The notes below the pieces were generated by a model. The model was not told the origin of the DNA, did no database searches, and worked only from the letters and a program-made list of their open reading frames with translations. The translations under genes were made by a program, and so were the position numbers. This document shows positions 18,580 to 28,243 of a stretch of DNA of 32,000 nt, in pieces (position 1 is the stretch's first letter; each line of letters begins with the position of its first letter). Source of the stretch: Candidatus Scalindua sp. (lineage in GTDB: Bacteria; Planctomycetota; Brocadiia; Brocadiales; Scalinduaceae); contig JALDRA010000001.1 of NCBI GenBank assembly GCA_031316235.1, forward strand, positions 2,220,001-2,252,000. Direction: 5' to 3'.

Positions 18580-20811
18580 ATGAGTTATGCTGGTTTTGCA
18601 GAAATAGTTTTAGCGTTGCCTCTCAACAAAAAGTTCCATTACAGCATCCCGCAATCATGCAGTAATCAAATAGAAGTCGGTAAAAGGGTTAAGGTTCCCT
18701 TCAGAGGTCGGACAATCATCGGGTACTGTGTTGGATTGACGGATGTTTCTGACATTGAGAAAACGAAGGAGATAATTCAGGTAATTGATGCAAAACCTAT
18801 TTTCACCCCTCAGCTTCTGGCTATTTCAAAGTGGATGGCCAATTTCTATTTTTGTGGCTGGGGTGAGGCATTGGAGTCCTTTCTTCCCTTTGCGGTAAGA
18901 AGCAGTTTTCACGAAAAGACGGTAAGTGTTATAAGGTTGTCCAAAGATGAGGCGTTTATAAAAGATATTCTCGCCACTCTTAAAAAGAGAGCACCCCGGC
19001 AGGCGAGTGCCCTTGAAGTTCTTCTCAGGGAAGAGGAGATGACAGTCCGTGAGTTAACAAGGGCCAGCGGTTGTAATCTGCAGAGTATATACCGATTGAG
19101 AGATCGGGAGCTTGTCAGCCTCCGGCAGAGGCCAGCGGATAGTGATCCCGTATCCGGGGGGGGAAAGCGTGAAAAAAAAACAGACCAGTTAAACCCTACA
19201 AAAGAGCAGGAAGATGCCATTCTGCTTATTAAGAAGAGATTAAGGGAGGGGAAATACCGGACGGTATTATTAAGAGGAGTTACCGGAAGCGGTAAAACGG
19301 AAGTCTATCTTCAGGCAATTGCTGAGACAATTGCTTTGGGGAGAAAAGTGATAGTGCTTGTACCGGAGATATCTCTTACCCCGCAGACAATTGAACGGTT
19401 CAAATTGCGGTTTGACAAAATAGCTGTCCTGCATAGCAGTCTGACGGAGAAGCAAAGGAACAATGAATGGTGGGGAATTAAAAATGGTAATGCAGATATT
19501 GTTATTGGCGCGCGTTCAGCACTCTTTGCTCCCCTGGACAATTTGGGCTTGATAGTAATAGATGAGGAACATGAAAATACCTTTAAGCAGGATAGTTCCC
19601 CGCGGTATAATGCGCGAGATCTAAGCCTGGTCAGGGCAAAATACGAGAATGCCGTTGTTGTCCTCGGTTCTGCAACCCCGTCTCTTGAAAGTTACCATAA
19701 CGCAGGTCTCGGCAGGTATGATTACGTTGTCCTGAAGAGCCGGATTGGGGATAAGCCTCTTCCTGGGGTTCAGTTGGTTGATATGAGGCATGAGATACAG
19801 AGAGGGAAAAAGCACTCCAGTATCTCTAAGTATCTTGAATTGAGCATGAAACGAAGTCTATCTCAGAAAGGACAGGTAATTTTGTTCTTAAATAGACGTG
19901 GTTTCTCGTCATTTATCAGTTGCAGGAGGTGTGGTTTTGTATTAACGTGTAAAAAATGTGATATATCTTTGACATATCATAAGTCTCAAAACGCCGTCAT
20001 GTGTCACTATTGTTATCATAAGGCGTCAGTTCCAACCGAGTGCCCGGAGTGTAAATGTCCCAAGATAAATTTTTTTGGTTCTGGAACTGAAAGGGTTGAG
20101 GAGGAGATAAAGGCAAGATTTCCATCATACAAACTCTTGAGGATGGATAGTGACACGATGCGGGGACACGAGGCACACGAAAAGGCATTTTCTGCCTTTA
20201 AACGTGGGGATATTGATATCCTTCTGGGTACGCAAATGATAGCCAAAGGACTTGATATTCCAAATGTTACACTCGTTGGAGTTCTTTCTGCAGACACGAT
20301 TATTAATTTGCCTGATTTTCGTGCAAGTGAGAGAACTTTCCAGTTGCTCTGCCAGGTTGCGGGAAGAACCGGAAGGGGGAGCAGAGAGGGGAAGGTTATT
20401 ATTCAGACGTATAACCCGGAACATTACAGCATTATCTTTGCAGCTTCCCATGATTATGTCGGATTTGCCAAAAAAGAGCTTGAATATAGAAAACAACTTT
20501 ATTATCCTCCATACGGGAGGATGGCAAGGATTGTCTTGCGGGGAAAAAGAGAAGAAGATGTCAAAGCGAGATCTCTGGATCTGGCCGAAAAGTTAAAGGA
20601 TACGTCAAGATTGTATAGGAAAACGGTCGAAATCCTGGGGCCTTCACCCGCACCCGTTACTAAAGTAAAGGATAACTATAGATGGCACATAGTTGTAAAG
20701 GCAAATACTATTGAATATCTACAACAGGTTTTACAGAGTATTAAAGAGGAACCCAGGGGTTCGAATAAGGTACAAACCGTAATTGACGTTGATGCCTATA
20801 TGATGTTATGA
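18580..20811 (+). CDS. priA: primosomal replication-restart helicase PriA
   Basis: 743 aa with Walker A GVTGSGKTEVY, DEEH, and the Cys-rich zinc region CRRCGFVLTCKKCDISLTYH...CHYCYHKASVPTECPEC. Confidence 0.96.
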   Translation: MSYAGFAEIVLALPLNKKFHYSIPQSCSNQIEVGKRVKVPFRGRTIIGYCVGLTDVSDIEKTKEIIQVIDAKPIFTPQLLAISKWMANFYFCGWGEALESFLPFAVRSSFHEKTVSVIRLSKDEAFIKDILATLKKRAPRQASALEVLLREEEMTVRELTRASGCNLQSIYRLRDRELVSLRQRPADSDPVSGGGKREKKTDQLNPTKEQEDAILLIKKRLREGKYRTVLLRGVTGSGKTEVYLQAIAETIALGRKVIVLVPEISLTPQTIERFKLRFDKIAVLHSSLTEKQRNNEWWGIKNGNADIVIGARSALFAPLDNLGLIVIDEEHENTFKQDSSPRYNARDLSLVRAKYENAVVVLGSATPSLESYHNAGLGRYDYVVLKSRIGDKPLPGVQLVDMRHEIQRGKKHSSISKYLELSMKRSLSQKGQVILFLNRRGFSSFISCRRCGFVLTCKKCDISLTYHKSQNAVMCHYCYHKASVPTECPECKCPKINFFGSGTERVEEEIKARFPSYKLLRMDSDTMRGHEAHEKAFSAFKRGDIDILLGTQMIAKGLDIPNVTLVGVLSADTIINLPDFRASERTFQLLCQVAGRTGRGSREGKVIIQTYNPEHYSIIFAASHDYVGFAKKELEYRKQLYYPPYGRMARIVLRGKREEDVKARSLDLAEKLKDTSRLYRKTVEILGPSPAPVTKVKDNYRWHIVVKANTIEYLQQVLQSIKEEPRGSNKVQTVIDVDAYMML

Positions 20812-20878
20812 ATGGTTATGTCGTTCATCAAAATTTTGCTGTTTCTTCAGATAGATAAATCGTTATAAAGAGGGTATT

Positions 20879-22405
20879 ATGCCGGAAAATGGATATAGTG
20901 CAGAAGCATTTTTTGCAGAAGGAAGCGGGCTTACGTATAATGATTTTATCATTTTACCTGGCCACATTGATTTTGCGGTAAAAGATGTCGATTTAGAGAC
21001 GAATATAACTCGAAATCTTACCATAAAAAGACCGTTGGTCAGTTCACCGATGGATACGGTTACGGAGTCAAAAATGGCCATCCATATGGCCCTTATAGGC
21101 GGGCTTGGGATTATACATTATAATAATACGATAGAGGAACAGGAAAAAGAGGTCAGGATGGTAAAGAGGTATGAAAACGGCTTCATAACATATCCTGTCA
21201 CACTGAGTCCCGAAAACATAATTGCCGATGTCTATACTATCAAGGAGACATATGGGTTTTCCGGAATACCCATAACCGAAGACGGAACATTAAAGTCTAA
21301 ACTCGTTGGTATTGTTACAAGAAGAGATATAGATTTTGAACTTGACAGAACCAAAAAACTGAAGGAGATAATGGAAACAGAGCTTGTTACTGCATCTGCA
21401 GGTATTTCTCTTTCAGAGGGAAACAAAATCCTCAAAGAGTCCAAGAAAGGGAAACTTCCTATTGTTGACAAAGAGGGAAGGCTGGTATCATTAATGAGCA
21501 GGACAGATCTTTTAAAAAATGAGGATTTTCCTTATGCGTCAAAGAATAAAGAAAAACAATTGCTGGTAGGAGCATCGATCTCTACCAGAGATGAAGATAA
21601 GGAACGACTTCAGGCTCTGTCAAATGCGGGGGTTGACATTGTCGTGATTGATTCATCCCAGGGGGATTCTGTTTACCAGTACAACATGATAAAATATGTG
21701 AAGAAAGAGTTTCCTCACATCGAAGTGATAGGGGGAAACGTAGTTACCGCTAAACAGTGCAAATCGCTGATTGATGCAGGTGCGGATGCTCTCCGGATAG
21801 GGATGGGTGCGGGTTCTATCTGTATTACACAGGATACCCTGGCGGTTGGAAGATCGCAAGGTTCAGCGGTGTATCATTGCGCAAAGTTTGCCAGAGAATA
21901 TGCCGGGATACCCGTGATTGCAGATGGTGGTATCGCGAGTATAGGCCATATCGTTAAGGCCTTGGCGTTGGGAGCAAGTACCGTAATGCTTGGTGCATTG
22001 CTTGCGGGTACAAATGAGACACCGGGTGAATATTACTACGAGGGTGGGGTTCGATTGAAAAAGTATAGAGGTATGGCCTCTTTGGAAGCGATGGAAAGGG
22101 GTGGCGGCAAGAGGTATTATTCCTCTGAAGAGAAAGTGAAAATTGCTCAAGGTGTTTCCGGTACTGTCGTAGACAAAGGCTCTGTAGTCAATTTCGGAGA
22201 GTATATAATAAAGAGTCTCCTGCACGCCCTGCAGAGTATCGGTTACAGAACGGTGAAGGGACTACATGAGGGGATTTACAATGGTAATTTATCATTTGAA
22301 GCAAGATCCGCTTCTGCTCAAGGAGAAGGTACCGTTCATGATCTGCATTCATATACCCTGCCAGATACAAAATTGTTTTATTCTTCTGAGAGAAAAAGGG
22401 CATAA
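20879..22405 (+). CDS. guaB: IMP dehydrogenase
   Basis: 508 aa with [12 protein letters not shown], a tandem CBS insert, the catalytic loop [12 protein letters not shown] and IADGGI. Confidence 0.97.
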   Translation: MPENGYSAEAFFAEGSGLTYNDFIILPGHIDFAVKDVDLETNITRNLTIKRPLVSSPMDTVTESKMAIHMALIGGLGIIHYNNTIEEQEKEVRMVKRYENGFITYPVTLSPENIIADVYTIKETYGFSGIPITEDGTLKSKLVGIVTRRDIDFELDRTKKLKEIMETELVTASAGISLSEGNKILKESKKGKLPIVDKEGRLVSLMSRTDLLKNEDFPYASKNKEKQLLVGASISTRDEDKERLQALSNAGVDIVVIDSSQGDSVYQYNMIKYVKKEFPHIEVIGGNVVTAKQCKSLIDAGADALRIGMGAGSICITQDTLAVGRSQGSAVYHCAKFAREYAGIPVIADGGIASIGHIVKALALGASTVMLGALLAGTNETPGEYYYEGGVRLKKYRGMASLEAMERGGGKRYYSSEEKVKIAQGVSGTVVDKGSVVNFGEYIIKSLLHALQSIGYRTVKGLHEGIYNGNLSFEARSASAQGEGTVHDLHSYTLPDTKLFYSSERKRA

Positions 22406-22408
22406 ATA

Positions 22409-22556
22409 GTGCCTGAACGGGGAGCTTCTGTTCGCACCAAAATTGTCCGGATACAAAGAGTGATAATTTCGTTGCCGGGGGGGGGTGTAATGATATACGT
22501 GAGGGTTACGGAATTATTACAGCGGCTCAGGAGGGATACAGTTTTCGTTCAACCAC
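22409..22556 (-). repeat. palindromic intergenic element, copy C (inverted orientation, 148 bp)
   Basis: Termini are GTGCCTGAACG ... CGTTCAACCAC. The internal blocks GATACAAAGAGTGATAATTTCGTTGCCGG and TACGTGAGGGTTACGGAATTATTAC align to the reverse complement of copy B. It starts 4 nt after the guaB stop and contains a G9 run. Confidence 0.75.
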
Positions 22557-22628
22557 AATAAATCTTGAAACTCAGTGCAATAGCAGGTGTTATTTTTACG
22601 CTGTAAAATATGATGAGGTGTGCAAATT

Positions 22629-23069
22629 ATGAACGTAAAATGTGTTTTTTTTCTTGTTTTCTGTATCGTTTTTCCCTTGATCAATGGTTGTGTGACAAGA
22701 ACAATTACCGTAAAGACTAATCCGAGTAACGCCGCCGTATACGTGGACGATAAACTTGTTGGAGAAAGCCCTGTTTCTGTACCTTTTGTCTATTACGGTA
22801 CGAGAAAAATTACCATAGAGAAAAAAGATGCGGACGGAAAGCTTGTACGTGAAAGAAAGACCGTTTACGAAAAGATAAAAGCTCCTTTCTATGAAATCTT
22901 TCCTATTGATTTTGTCTCAGAGCTTATCTGGCCTTTCGATATCATTGATGATCATGTCCTCCATTACGATTTGAGTGAGATAAAGCAGCTGTCGAGAAAG
23001 GAGCAGCAGAAGATAATTCTGGAGAATGCGCAGGAGTTGAAGATGAGGGTTGACGCTCCCGATTTTTGA
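22629..23069 (+). CDS. PEGA-domain lipoprotein
   Basis: Signal peptide ending LINGC (lipobox-like). VKTNPSNAAVYVDDKLVGESPVSVPFVYYGTRKITIEKKD matches the PEGA pattern. ATG 22629 is preferred over GTG 22620. Confidence 0.75.
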   Translation: MNVKCVFFLVFCIVFPLINGCVTRTITVKTNPSNAAVYVDDKLVGESPVSVPFVYYGTRKITIEKKDADGKLVRERKTVYEKIKAPFYEIFPIDFVSELIWPFDIIDDHVLHYDLSEIKQLSRKEQQKIILENAQELKMRVDAPDF

Positions 23070-23077
23070 ATTATGTA

Positions 23078-23204
23078 GTGTTTGAACGAAAACTACCCAT
23101 CTACTGCGTTGCTGCAGCAACTTCGTAATCCTCACGTACAGTCAGTACGTTCCGGTTACGAAATTGTTACGCGCCTTGTACCTGGGCACTTTTCGTTCAA
23201 ACAC
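23078..23204 (+). repeat. palindromic intergenic element, copy A (127 bp)
   Basis: Perfect 15-bp terminal inverted repeat GTGTTTGAACGAAAA ... TTTTCGTTCAAACAC. The two arms are imperfectly complementary along their whole length, with apical hairpin ACGTAC-agtca-GTACGT. It starts 9 nt after the PEGA gene stop and is followed by a T-run. Confidence 0.85.
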
Positions 23205-23262
23205 TATTTATTTTTTTTGTGAAGCAGTACCAAGAAATGAGCGACAGAAGGCGCTGATTTTT

Positions 23263-23904
23263 ATGAAGATGATGATAACCTATATGATATTGTTTTGCTC
23301 TTTCTTCTTGCTGAGCCAGATAGCGTTTGCCGGTGAGGAAGATAGAAAAAGATGGAATAAACGGTACAGTACAAAGGAATATATATACGGGAAAGAGCCG
23401 ATAGATTTTCTCAAAGAAAATATTCATGTTTTAACGAAGGGCAAGGCACTGGTGTTAGCGATGGGAGAGGGGAGAAACGCACTCTTTCTGGCCAGCAATG
23501 GATTTGATGTAGATGGGTGTGATGTTTCAGATGTTGCTGTCGGGAAGTGTAAGGTATTAGCCCAAGAAAACAATATCAAGATAAACGCCTTTGTAGCGGA
23601 TCTTGAAGAGTATGAAATTCCTGCCGGCAAATACGACCTGATTACGTGCATCTATTATACGCAGAGAGACCTGATACCTCAGATCAAGGCAGGTCTTAAG
23701 AAGGGCGGAATGGTTTTATTCGAGACCTATAGCATAGACCAGCTTAACTATGGTGATGATGCACCTGGACCGAAAAACCCAGAGTATCTACTAAAGCACA
23801 ATGAACTCCTGAAGCTCTTCGGGGACTTTCATATCCTCTACTACCGAGAGGGAGAGGTAGCACCCAAAAAAACCGTTGCACGCCTCATTGCACAGAAGAG
23901 ATGA
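23263..23904 (+). CDS. class I SAM-dependent methyltransferase (TehB-like)
   Basis: KALVLAMGEGRNALFLASNGFDVDGCDVS (motif I and post-I), DLITCIYY, GGMVLFETY. The ORF track start at 23164 runs through repeat copy A, so ATG 23263 is more plausible. That start still leaves a hydrophobic N-terminal ~25 aa. Confidence 0.8.
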   Translation: MKMMITYMILFCSFFLLSQIAFAGEEDRKRWNKRYSTKEYIYGKEPIDFLKENIHVLTKGKALVLAMGEGRNALFLASNGFDVDGCDVSDVAVGKCKVLAQENNIKINAFVADLEEYEIPAGKYDLITCIYYTQRDLIPQIKAGLKKGGMVLFETYSIDQLNYGDDAPGPKNPEYLLKHNELLKLFGDFHILYYREGEVAPKKTVARLIAQKR

Positions 23905-24008
23905 ATATTTTGCAGATGGCCCAAACCTTCTTTTTTTTCAAAATCGATAGAAAATAAAAGATATGTATTAGTACAAACTACTTGTATTTGAGAAGTCATC
24001 ATACAATC

Positions 24009-26213
24009 ATGAACATCTTGGACAATGTTACTGAATCACAAAAAGAGGCAATTACCCATATTGATGGTCCCTTACTTGTAATTGCCGGGGCCGGGAGCGG
24101 TAAAACCCGTGTTATTACGCGGAGAATAGGGTATCTCATTGAAAACCGGATCTCCCCTTACAATATCCTTGCCATAACGTTTACCAATAAGGCCGCTAAT
24201 GAGATGAAGGAGCGGTTAAATAAATTTCTTGACCAGAAAGGCGTCTGGGTTTCAACGTTTCACACGATGTGTGCCCGGATACTGCGAAGTGAAATTGAAC
24301 TCTTAGGCTACTCAAGGCATTTTACCATCTATGATACAAGTGATCAGATCAGGTGTGTGAAGTCTGTCATGAATGAGTTGAATCTGGACACGACAAATTG
24401 GCGCCCGAATTCAATAGTCGGCTCTATCAGCAATGCAAAGAGTGAGTTACTCTCCCCCGAGAAGTTTTCAGAATACAATTCCGGATATTACAATGCGATC
24501 GTAGCCAAGGTTTACGACGGGTACCAGAGGAGTCTTGAGGCGAATAACGCCCTGGACTTTGATGATCTCCTGTTTAAGGTAGCGCAGCTCTTTAAAGAGC
24601 AACCACAGGTATTAGAGAGATATCAAGAGAAGTTTCGGTACATCCTCATTGATGAATACCAGGACACGAATAATGCGCAGTATACGATTACGAGACTTTT
24701 GTCACAAAGATATAAGAACATATGCGCTACCGGTGATCCGGATCAATCTATCTATGGGTGGCGTGGTGCCAATATACAAAATATACTCAATTTTGAGAAA
24801 GACTATCCGGATGCGAAACTGGTTCATCTTGAACAAAACTATCGCTCTACCAAAGTGATACTCGGTGCTGCTTCCGAGTTGATAAAGAACAATGTTTCCC
24901 GGAAACCAAAATCCCTCTGGACAGAGAATAGTGAAGGGAACAAGGTGAAGATTATCCATTGTGAGGATGAGTATGTTGAATCAGATGAAATAGCCTCGTA
25001 CATTTCTGAATTTTCAAAGGGTTCGGACAGGTATTCTGACATGGCCATCTTTTATCGCACAAATGCACAGTCTCGTGTATTGGAAACGAATCTGAGGCAA
25101 AAGGGAATTCCCTACTCGATTGTGGGTAGTGTTGAATATTTCAAAAGAAAAGAGATCAAGGATGTTCTCTCATACCTTAAACTCTGCGCTAATATTACTG
25201 ATGATATGTCATTTGAGAGGGTTGTTAACACCCCTCCAAGGGGTATAGGGCAGACAACCTTAAAACGGTTAAGAGAATGGGCGCTTTCAAATAATCTGAG
25301 ACTTCTTGAGGCCGGGTTGCGAATTCAGGAGGTTTCGGAGATTCGGACAAGGAGTGCCCGGGCGGTAATGGGTTTTTGTGACATTATTTCTGCTTTGTGC
25401 AAATTTCCAACTTATCCGGTAGTGGAGCTGGTAAAACAGGTGATCGACAGGGTCGGGTTTCGGGAGTACTTAACACACTCTTATGACCATGACAGCAAAG
25501 AGAGACTGGAAAATATTGAAGAGCTGATCAATGCTGCACACGAATACGACAACGCAAACACCGAGGGGTCTCTGGAGGGGTTCCTGGAAGGGATATCATT
25601 AATTTCTGACATTGATAAATGGGACGAGGGTGAAGATGCTGTCACCCTTATGACCCTGCATGCTGCGAAGGGACTTGAGTTTCCCATCGTCTTTATGTCA
25701 GGTTTTGAAGAGGGGTTATTACCTCATTCACAATCAAAGGATTCTGACGACGATGTCGAAGAGGAGCGTCGTTTGTGTTATGTCGGCATCACCAGGGCAC
25801 AAAGAGAGTTGTTTCTCACTCATGCGAGATATAGATCAAAGTTTGGTCAGCGTTCTATTGGAATCCCCTCAAGGTTTCTGAGCGAAATTCCCGAGGAGTT
25901 AACCGAAACTATTGACAAGACTAATTACCGTTTTGGTATGGATGATAGCCAAACAGGATCTACTCAAGGAGGTCGTGAATTTTCGAGCTCACAAGACAAC
26001 TGGTTTCAGAATACTCACAAAAGTGAAGAGATGGTAACGCTCGGGTCTCAAGGTCTTAATAATTTCACCCCGGGAGATATGGTAAGACACGGGAGGTTTG
26101 GACGTGGACGAGTTACCAGGATCAGCCCATCATTAGACGTAGCATTTGTCGACTTTAACAGAGTTGGTACAAAAAAGCTGATACTAAAATACGCAAAATT
26201 AGAAAAGGAGTAG
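24009..26213 (+). CDS. pcrA: ATP-dependent DNA helicase, PcrA/UvrD family
   Basis: Helicase motifs are AGAGSGKTRV (Walker A), ILIDEYQDTN, GDPDQSIYGWRGA, LEQNYRS, TLHAAKGLEF and VGITRA. The C-terminal Tudor-like tail is GDMVRHGRFGRGRV. ATG 24009 (MNILDNVTESQKEAI) is preferred over TTG 23982. Confidence 0.93.
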   Translation: MNILDNVTESQKEAITHIDGPLLVIAGAGSGKTRVITRRIGYLIENRISPYNILAITFTNKAANEMKERLNKFLDQKGVWVSTFHTMCARILRSEIELLGYSRHFTIYDTSDQIRCVKSVMNELNLDTTNWRPNSIVGSISNAKSELLSPEKFSEYNSGYYNAIVAKVYDGYQRSLEANNALDFDDLLFKVAQLFKEQPQVLERYQEKFRYILIDEYQDTNNAQYTITRLLSQRYKNICATGDPDQSIYGWRGANIQNILNFEKDYPDAKLVHLEQNYRSTKVILGAASELIKNNVSRKPKSLWTENSEGNKVKIIHCEDEYVESDEIASYISEFSKGSDRYSDMAIFYRTNAQSRVLETNLRQKGIPYSIVGSVEYFKRKEIKDVLSYLKLCANITDDMSFERVVNTPPRGIGQTTLKRLREWALSNNLRLLEAGLRIQEVSEIRTRSARAVMGFCDIISALCKFPTYPVVELVKQVIDRVGFREYLTHSYDHDSKERLENIEELINAAHEYDNANTEGSLEGFLEGISLISDIDKWDEGEDAVTLMTLHAAKGLEFPIVFMSGFEEGLLPHSQSKDSDDDVEEERRLCYVGITRAQRELFLTHARYRSKFGQRSIGIPSRFLSEIPEELTETIDKTNYRFGMDDSQTGSTQGGREFSSSQDNWFQNTHKSEEMVTLGSQGLNNFTPGDMVRHGRFGRGRVTRISPSLDVAFVDFNRVGTKKLILKYAKLEKE

Positions 26214-26218
26214 AGACA

Positions 26219-27388
26219 GTGGAGAAAATATATCTTGATCACGCATCATGTACGCCTATACATCCGTCAGTTATAGAGGCAATGGTGGAAGCGATAAAAA
26301 GCTGCTATGGAAACCCTTCAAATTTACACCACTTCGGACAAACCACAAACAGGGTGGTGAAAGATTGCCGGGAGAAGGTAGCTTCTCTCATATCAGCAAA
26401 TGCAGATGAGATTATCTTTACATCGAGTGGTAGCGAGGCAAACAATTTTGCCATAAAAGGGCTTGCAATGGCAAACCAGAAAAAAGGCAAACACATTATT
26501 ACGTCACAGATTGAACACTTTTCTGTTCTCAATCCATTGAAGAGACTTGAAAAGATGGGATTTTCCGTTACACAGATACCCGTTGACAAGTACGGTATGA
26601 TCAACCCGGAGGATGTGGCGAAGGCCATCACTCCGGAAACCATCCTGGTCTCCATTATGCATGCGAATACCGAAGTTGGTACAATTGAACCGATTGAAAA
26701 AATCGGTAAAATAGTCAAGGAGCATGAAATTCTGTTTCACGTGGATGCCGTCGCATCAACAGGAGTTATTCCCGTAAATGTGAACACGATGATGGCTGAC
26801 GCATTGAGCCTGGCCAGCAATCAATTCTATGGACCTCCGGGTGTCGGTGCTCTTTTCCTGAAGAAGCAGACGCGGATAGTACCTTTTATAGAAGGAGGCG
26901 TGCAGGAGGCGGGCCGGCGTGCCGGGACAGAAAATTTACCAGGTATCGTAGGGATGGGGAAGGCCGCAGAGCTGGCGGAAAATGAGATGGAAGCAAGGGC
27001 GATGTTAATCGAACCATTACGTGATAAGCTACTCAAAAGTTTAGCGGATAAAATAGATCATCTTCACATAAATGGTCATCCGGAACAGCGGTTGCCTGGC
27101 AATGCGAATGTCAGCATAGAGTATGTTGAGGGTGAATCAATACTCCTTTTTCTTGATATGAAGGGGATCGCTGTTTCGTCCGGCTCTGCCTGTACATCAA
27201 GGTCCCTGAAATCTTCACATGTCCTGGCCGCTATGGGTGTTGATGATGCCGTTGCGCAGGGCTCAATACTCTTCAGCCTGGGGATCGATAATTCCGAAGA
27301 ACACATCGAATATGTTATTGAGACTCTGCCCCCGATTATCAAGAGACTCAGAGAGATGTCTCCGCTTTACGAAGACAGCCTTGGTTGA
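26219..27388 (+). CDS. NifS/IscS-like class V aminotransferase-fold protein lacking the PLP-binding lysine
   Basis: 389 aa with IYLDHAS, FTSSGSEANN, HANTEVGT and the active-site Cys loop SSGSACTS. The expected S-x-H-K-x-x-G-P-x-G block reads LASNQFYGPPG, with Gln codon CAA at 26822-26824. GTG start. Confidence 0.85.
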   Translation: MEKIYLDHASCTPIHPSVIEAMVEAIKSCYGNPSNLHHFGQTTNRVVKDCREKVASLISANADEIIFTSSGSEANNFAIKGLAMANQKKGKHIITSQIEHFSVLNPLKRLEKMGFSVTQIPVDKYGMINPEDVAKAITPETILVSIMHANTEVGTIEPIEKIGKIVKEHEILFHVDAVASTGVIPVNVNTMMADALSLASNQFYGPPGVGALFLKKQTRIVPFIEGGVQEAGRRAGTENLPGIVGMGKAAELAENEMEARAMLIEPLRDKLLKSLADKIDHLHINGHPEQRLPGNANVSIEYVEGESILLFLDMKGIAVSSGSACTSRSLKSSHVLAAMGVDDAVAQGSILFSLGIDNSEEHIEYVIETLPPIIKRLREMSPLYEDSLG

Positions 27389-27506
27389 ACGGAAACTACC
27401 CACATACGGCGTTGCTGCAATAATTTTGTAATCCTCACGTACTTGAGTACGCTCCGGTTACAAAATTATTACGCGCCTTGTATCTGGGCAGTTTTCGTTC
27501 AACCAC
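27382..27506 (+). repeat. palindromic intergenic element, copy B (125 bp)
   Basis: Termini are TGGTTGAACG ... CGTTCAACCAC. It is collinear with copy A (…ACTACCCA…GCGTTGCTGCA…GTAATCCTCACGTAC…CCGGTTAC…TTACGCGCCTTGTA.CTGGGCA.TTTTCGTTCAA). Its left end contains the stop codon of the NifS-like gene (27386-27388). Confidence 0.85.
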
Positions 27507-27816
27507 TTAATAATTTCATCTTAGTATTTGGATGGACTATGGAACTGTGCAAAAATAACTTGGTCATTTTGCCTGTCCGAATGGCTGATAGGTCGGGCGG
27601 GCATCTCATTTTCAGGTCACCTTCGGCCGCTCTTCACTCGCAGCATCCTCGCTGTAGCTTTGGCTACACCTGCGGTCCTGGTCGGTCAGATCGACCAAAT
27701 CTGACATAAAACTGAGCGCGATAAAACAACAAGTTATTCTTTCCTGCACCCTAAGGCTACGCTTGCAGTTCCTTAATAATGCTATATTCTTGCTTATGCC
27801 AAGAATATAATTTCAC

Positions 27817-27877
27817 GTAGGGCAGGCATTGCCTGCCAATAAAAACTATAAATGACGGTAGGTAATGCCTACCCTAC
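27817..27877. repeat. pair of inverted 21-nt palindromic units
   Basis: GTAGGGCAGGCATTGCCTGCC (27817-27837) and GGTAGGTAATGCCTACCCTAC (27857-27877). The second is the reverse complement of GTAGGGTAGGCATTACCTACC. Each unit is itself a hairpin, and a 9-bp hairpin lies just upstream at 27784-27808. Confidence 0.8.
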
Positions 27878-27964
27878 TGGTTTGAAAGCGCTCAACACGA
27901 CCTTGAATCTGCCGAAAGCATTTTTAATTCTGGAAAATATGATTGGTGTTTATTTATCGGACAT

Positions 27965-28243
27965 TTGACATTAGAAAAGATATTGAAAGCGATATTTGTT
28001 GACAGGAATGATAACAAAGTGCCGCCAAAAGTTCACAACCTTGTGAGATTGGCAGAATTATCCATGATAGAATTAGGCGAGGATCAGAAATTCTATTTAG
28101 ACCAAATTACTGATTTCAATATTCAGATACGTTATCCAGATTATAAGCTGGAATTTTATAAACGCTGCAATACAGAATACACGAAAGAGTATTTTGCCAA
28201 AATAAAGGAGTTTTACGCATGGTTCAGCTCCCTGCTAAAGTAA
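27965..28243 (+). CDS. HEPN-domain protein, apparently lacking its native start (possible pseudogene)
   Basis: The HEPN pattern (…EKILKAIF…KVHNLVRLAEL…IQIRYPDY…) is present. The frame is open back to 27866 and encodes the first HEPN helix (WFESAQHDLESAESIFNSGKYDWCLFIGH). There is no ATG/GTG/TTG before TTG 27965, and an in-frame TAA at 27863 lies inside the palindromic unit. Confidence 0.75.
   Translation: MTLEKILKAIFVDRNDNKVPPKVHNLVRLAELSMIELGEDQKFYLDQITDFNIQIRYPDYKLEFYKRCNTEYTKEYFAKIKEFYAWFSSLLK

Noticed and set aside
19156-19180. Homopolymer runs G8 (19156-19163) and A9 (19172-19180) inside priA, considered as a possible slipped-strand phase-variation site.
   Set aside because: They lie in a poorly conserved linker of an essential gene and the frame is intact. 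They more likely matter only as sequencing-error-prone positions.
23164-23340. N-terminal extension, and an apparent signal peptide (MKMMITYMILFCSFFLLSQIAFA), on a cytoplasmic-type SAM methyltransferase.
   Set aside because: The part upstream of 23263 is just the palindromic repeat read in frame. The remaining hydrophobic leader is odd for a SAM enzyme. It could equally be a membrane anchor or a mis-set start, for example an internal TTG, so I do not treat it as a finding.
27443-27709. 88-aa + strand ORF, and the 27510-27780 region considered as a possible gene or IS remnant.
   Set aside because: The ORF starts inside palindromic element copy B and its product has no protein-like features. 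The region holds small hairpins (27784-27808 and others), but I could not recognise transposase or other coding remnants.
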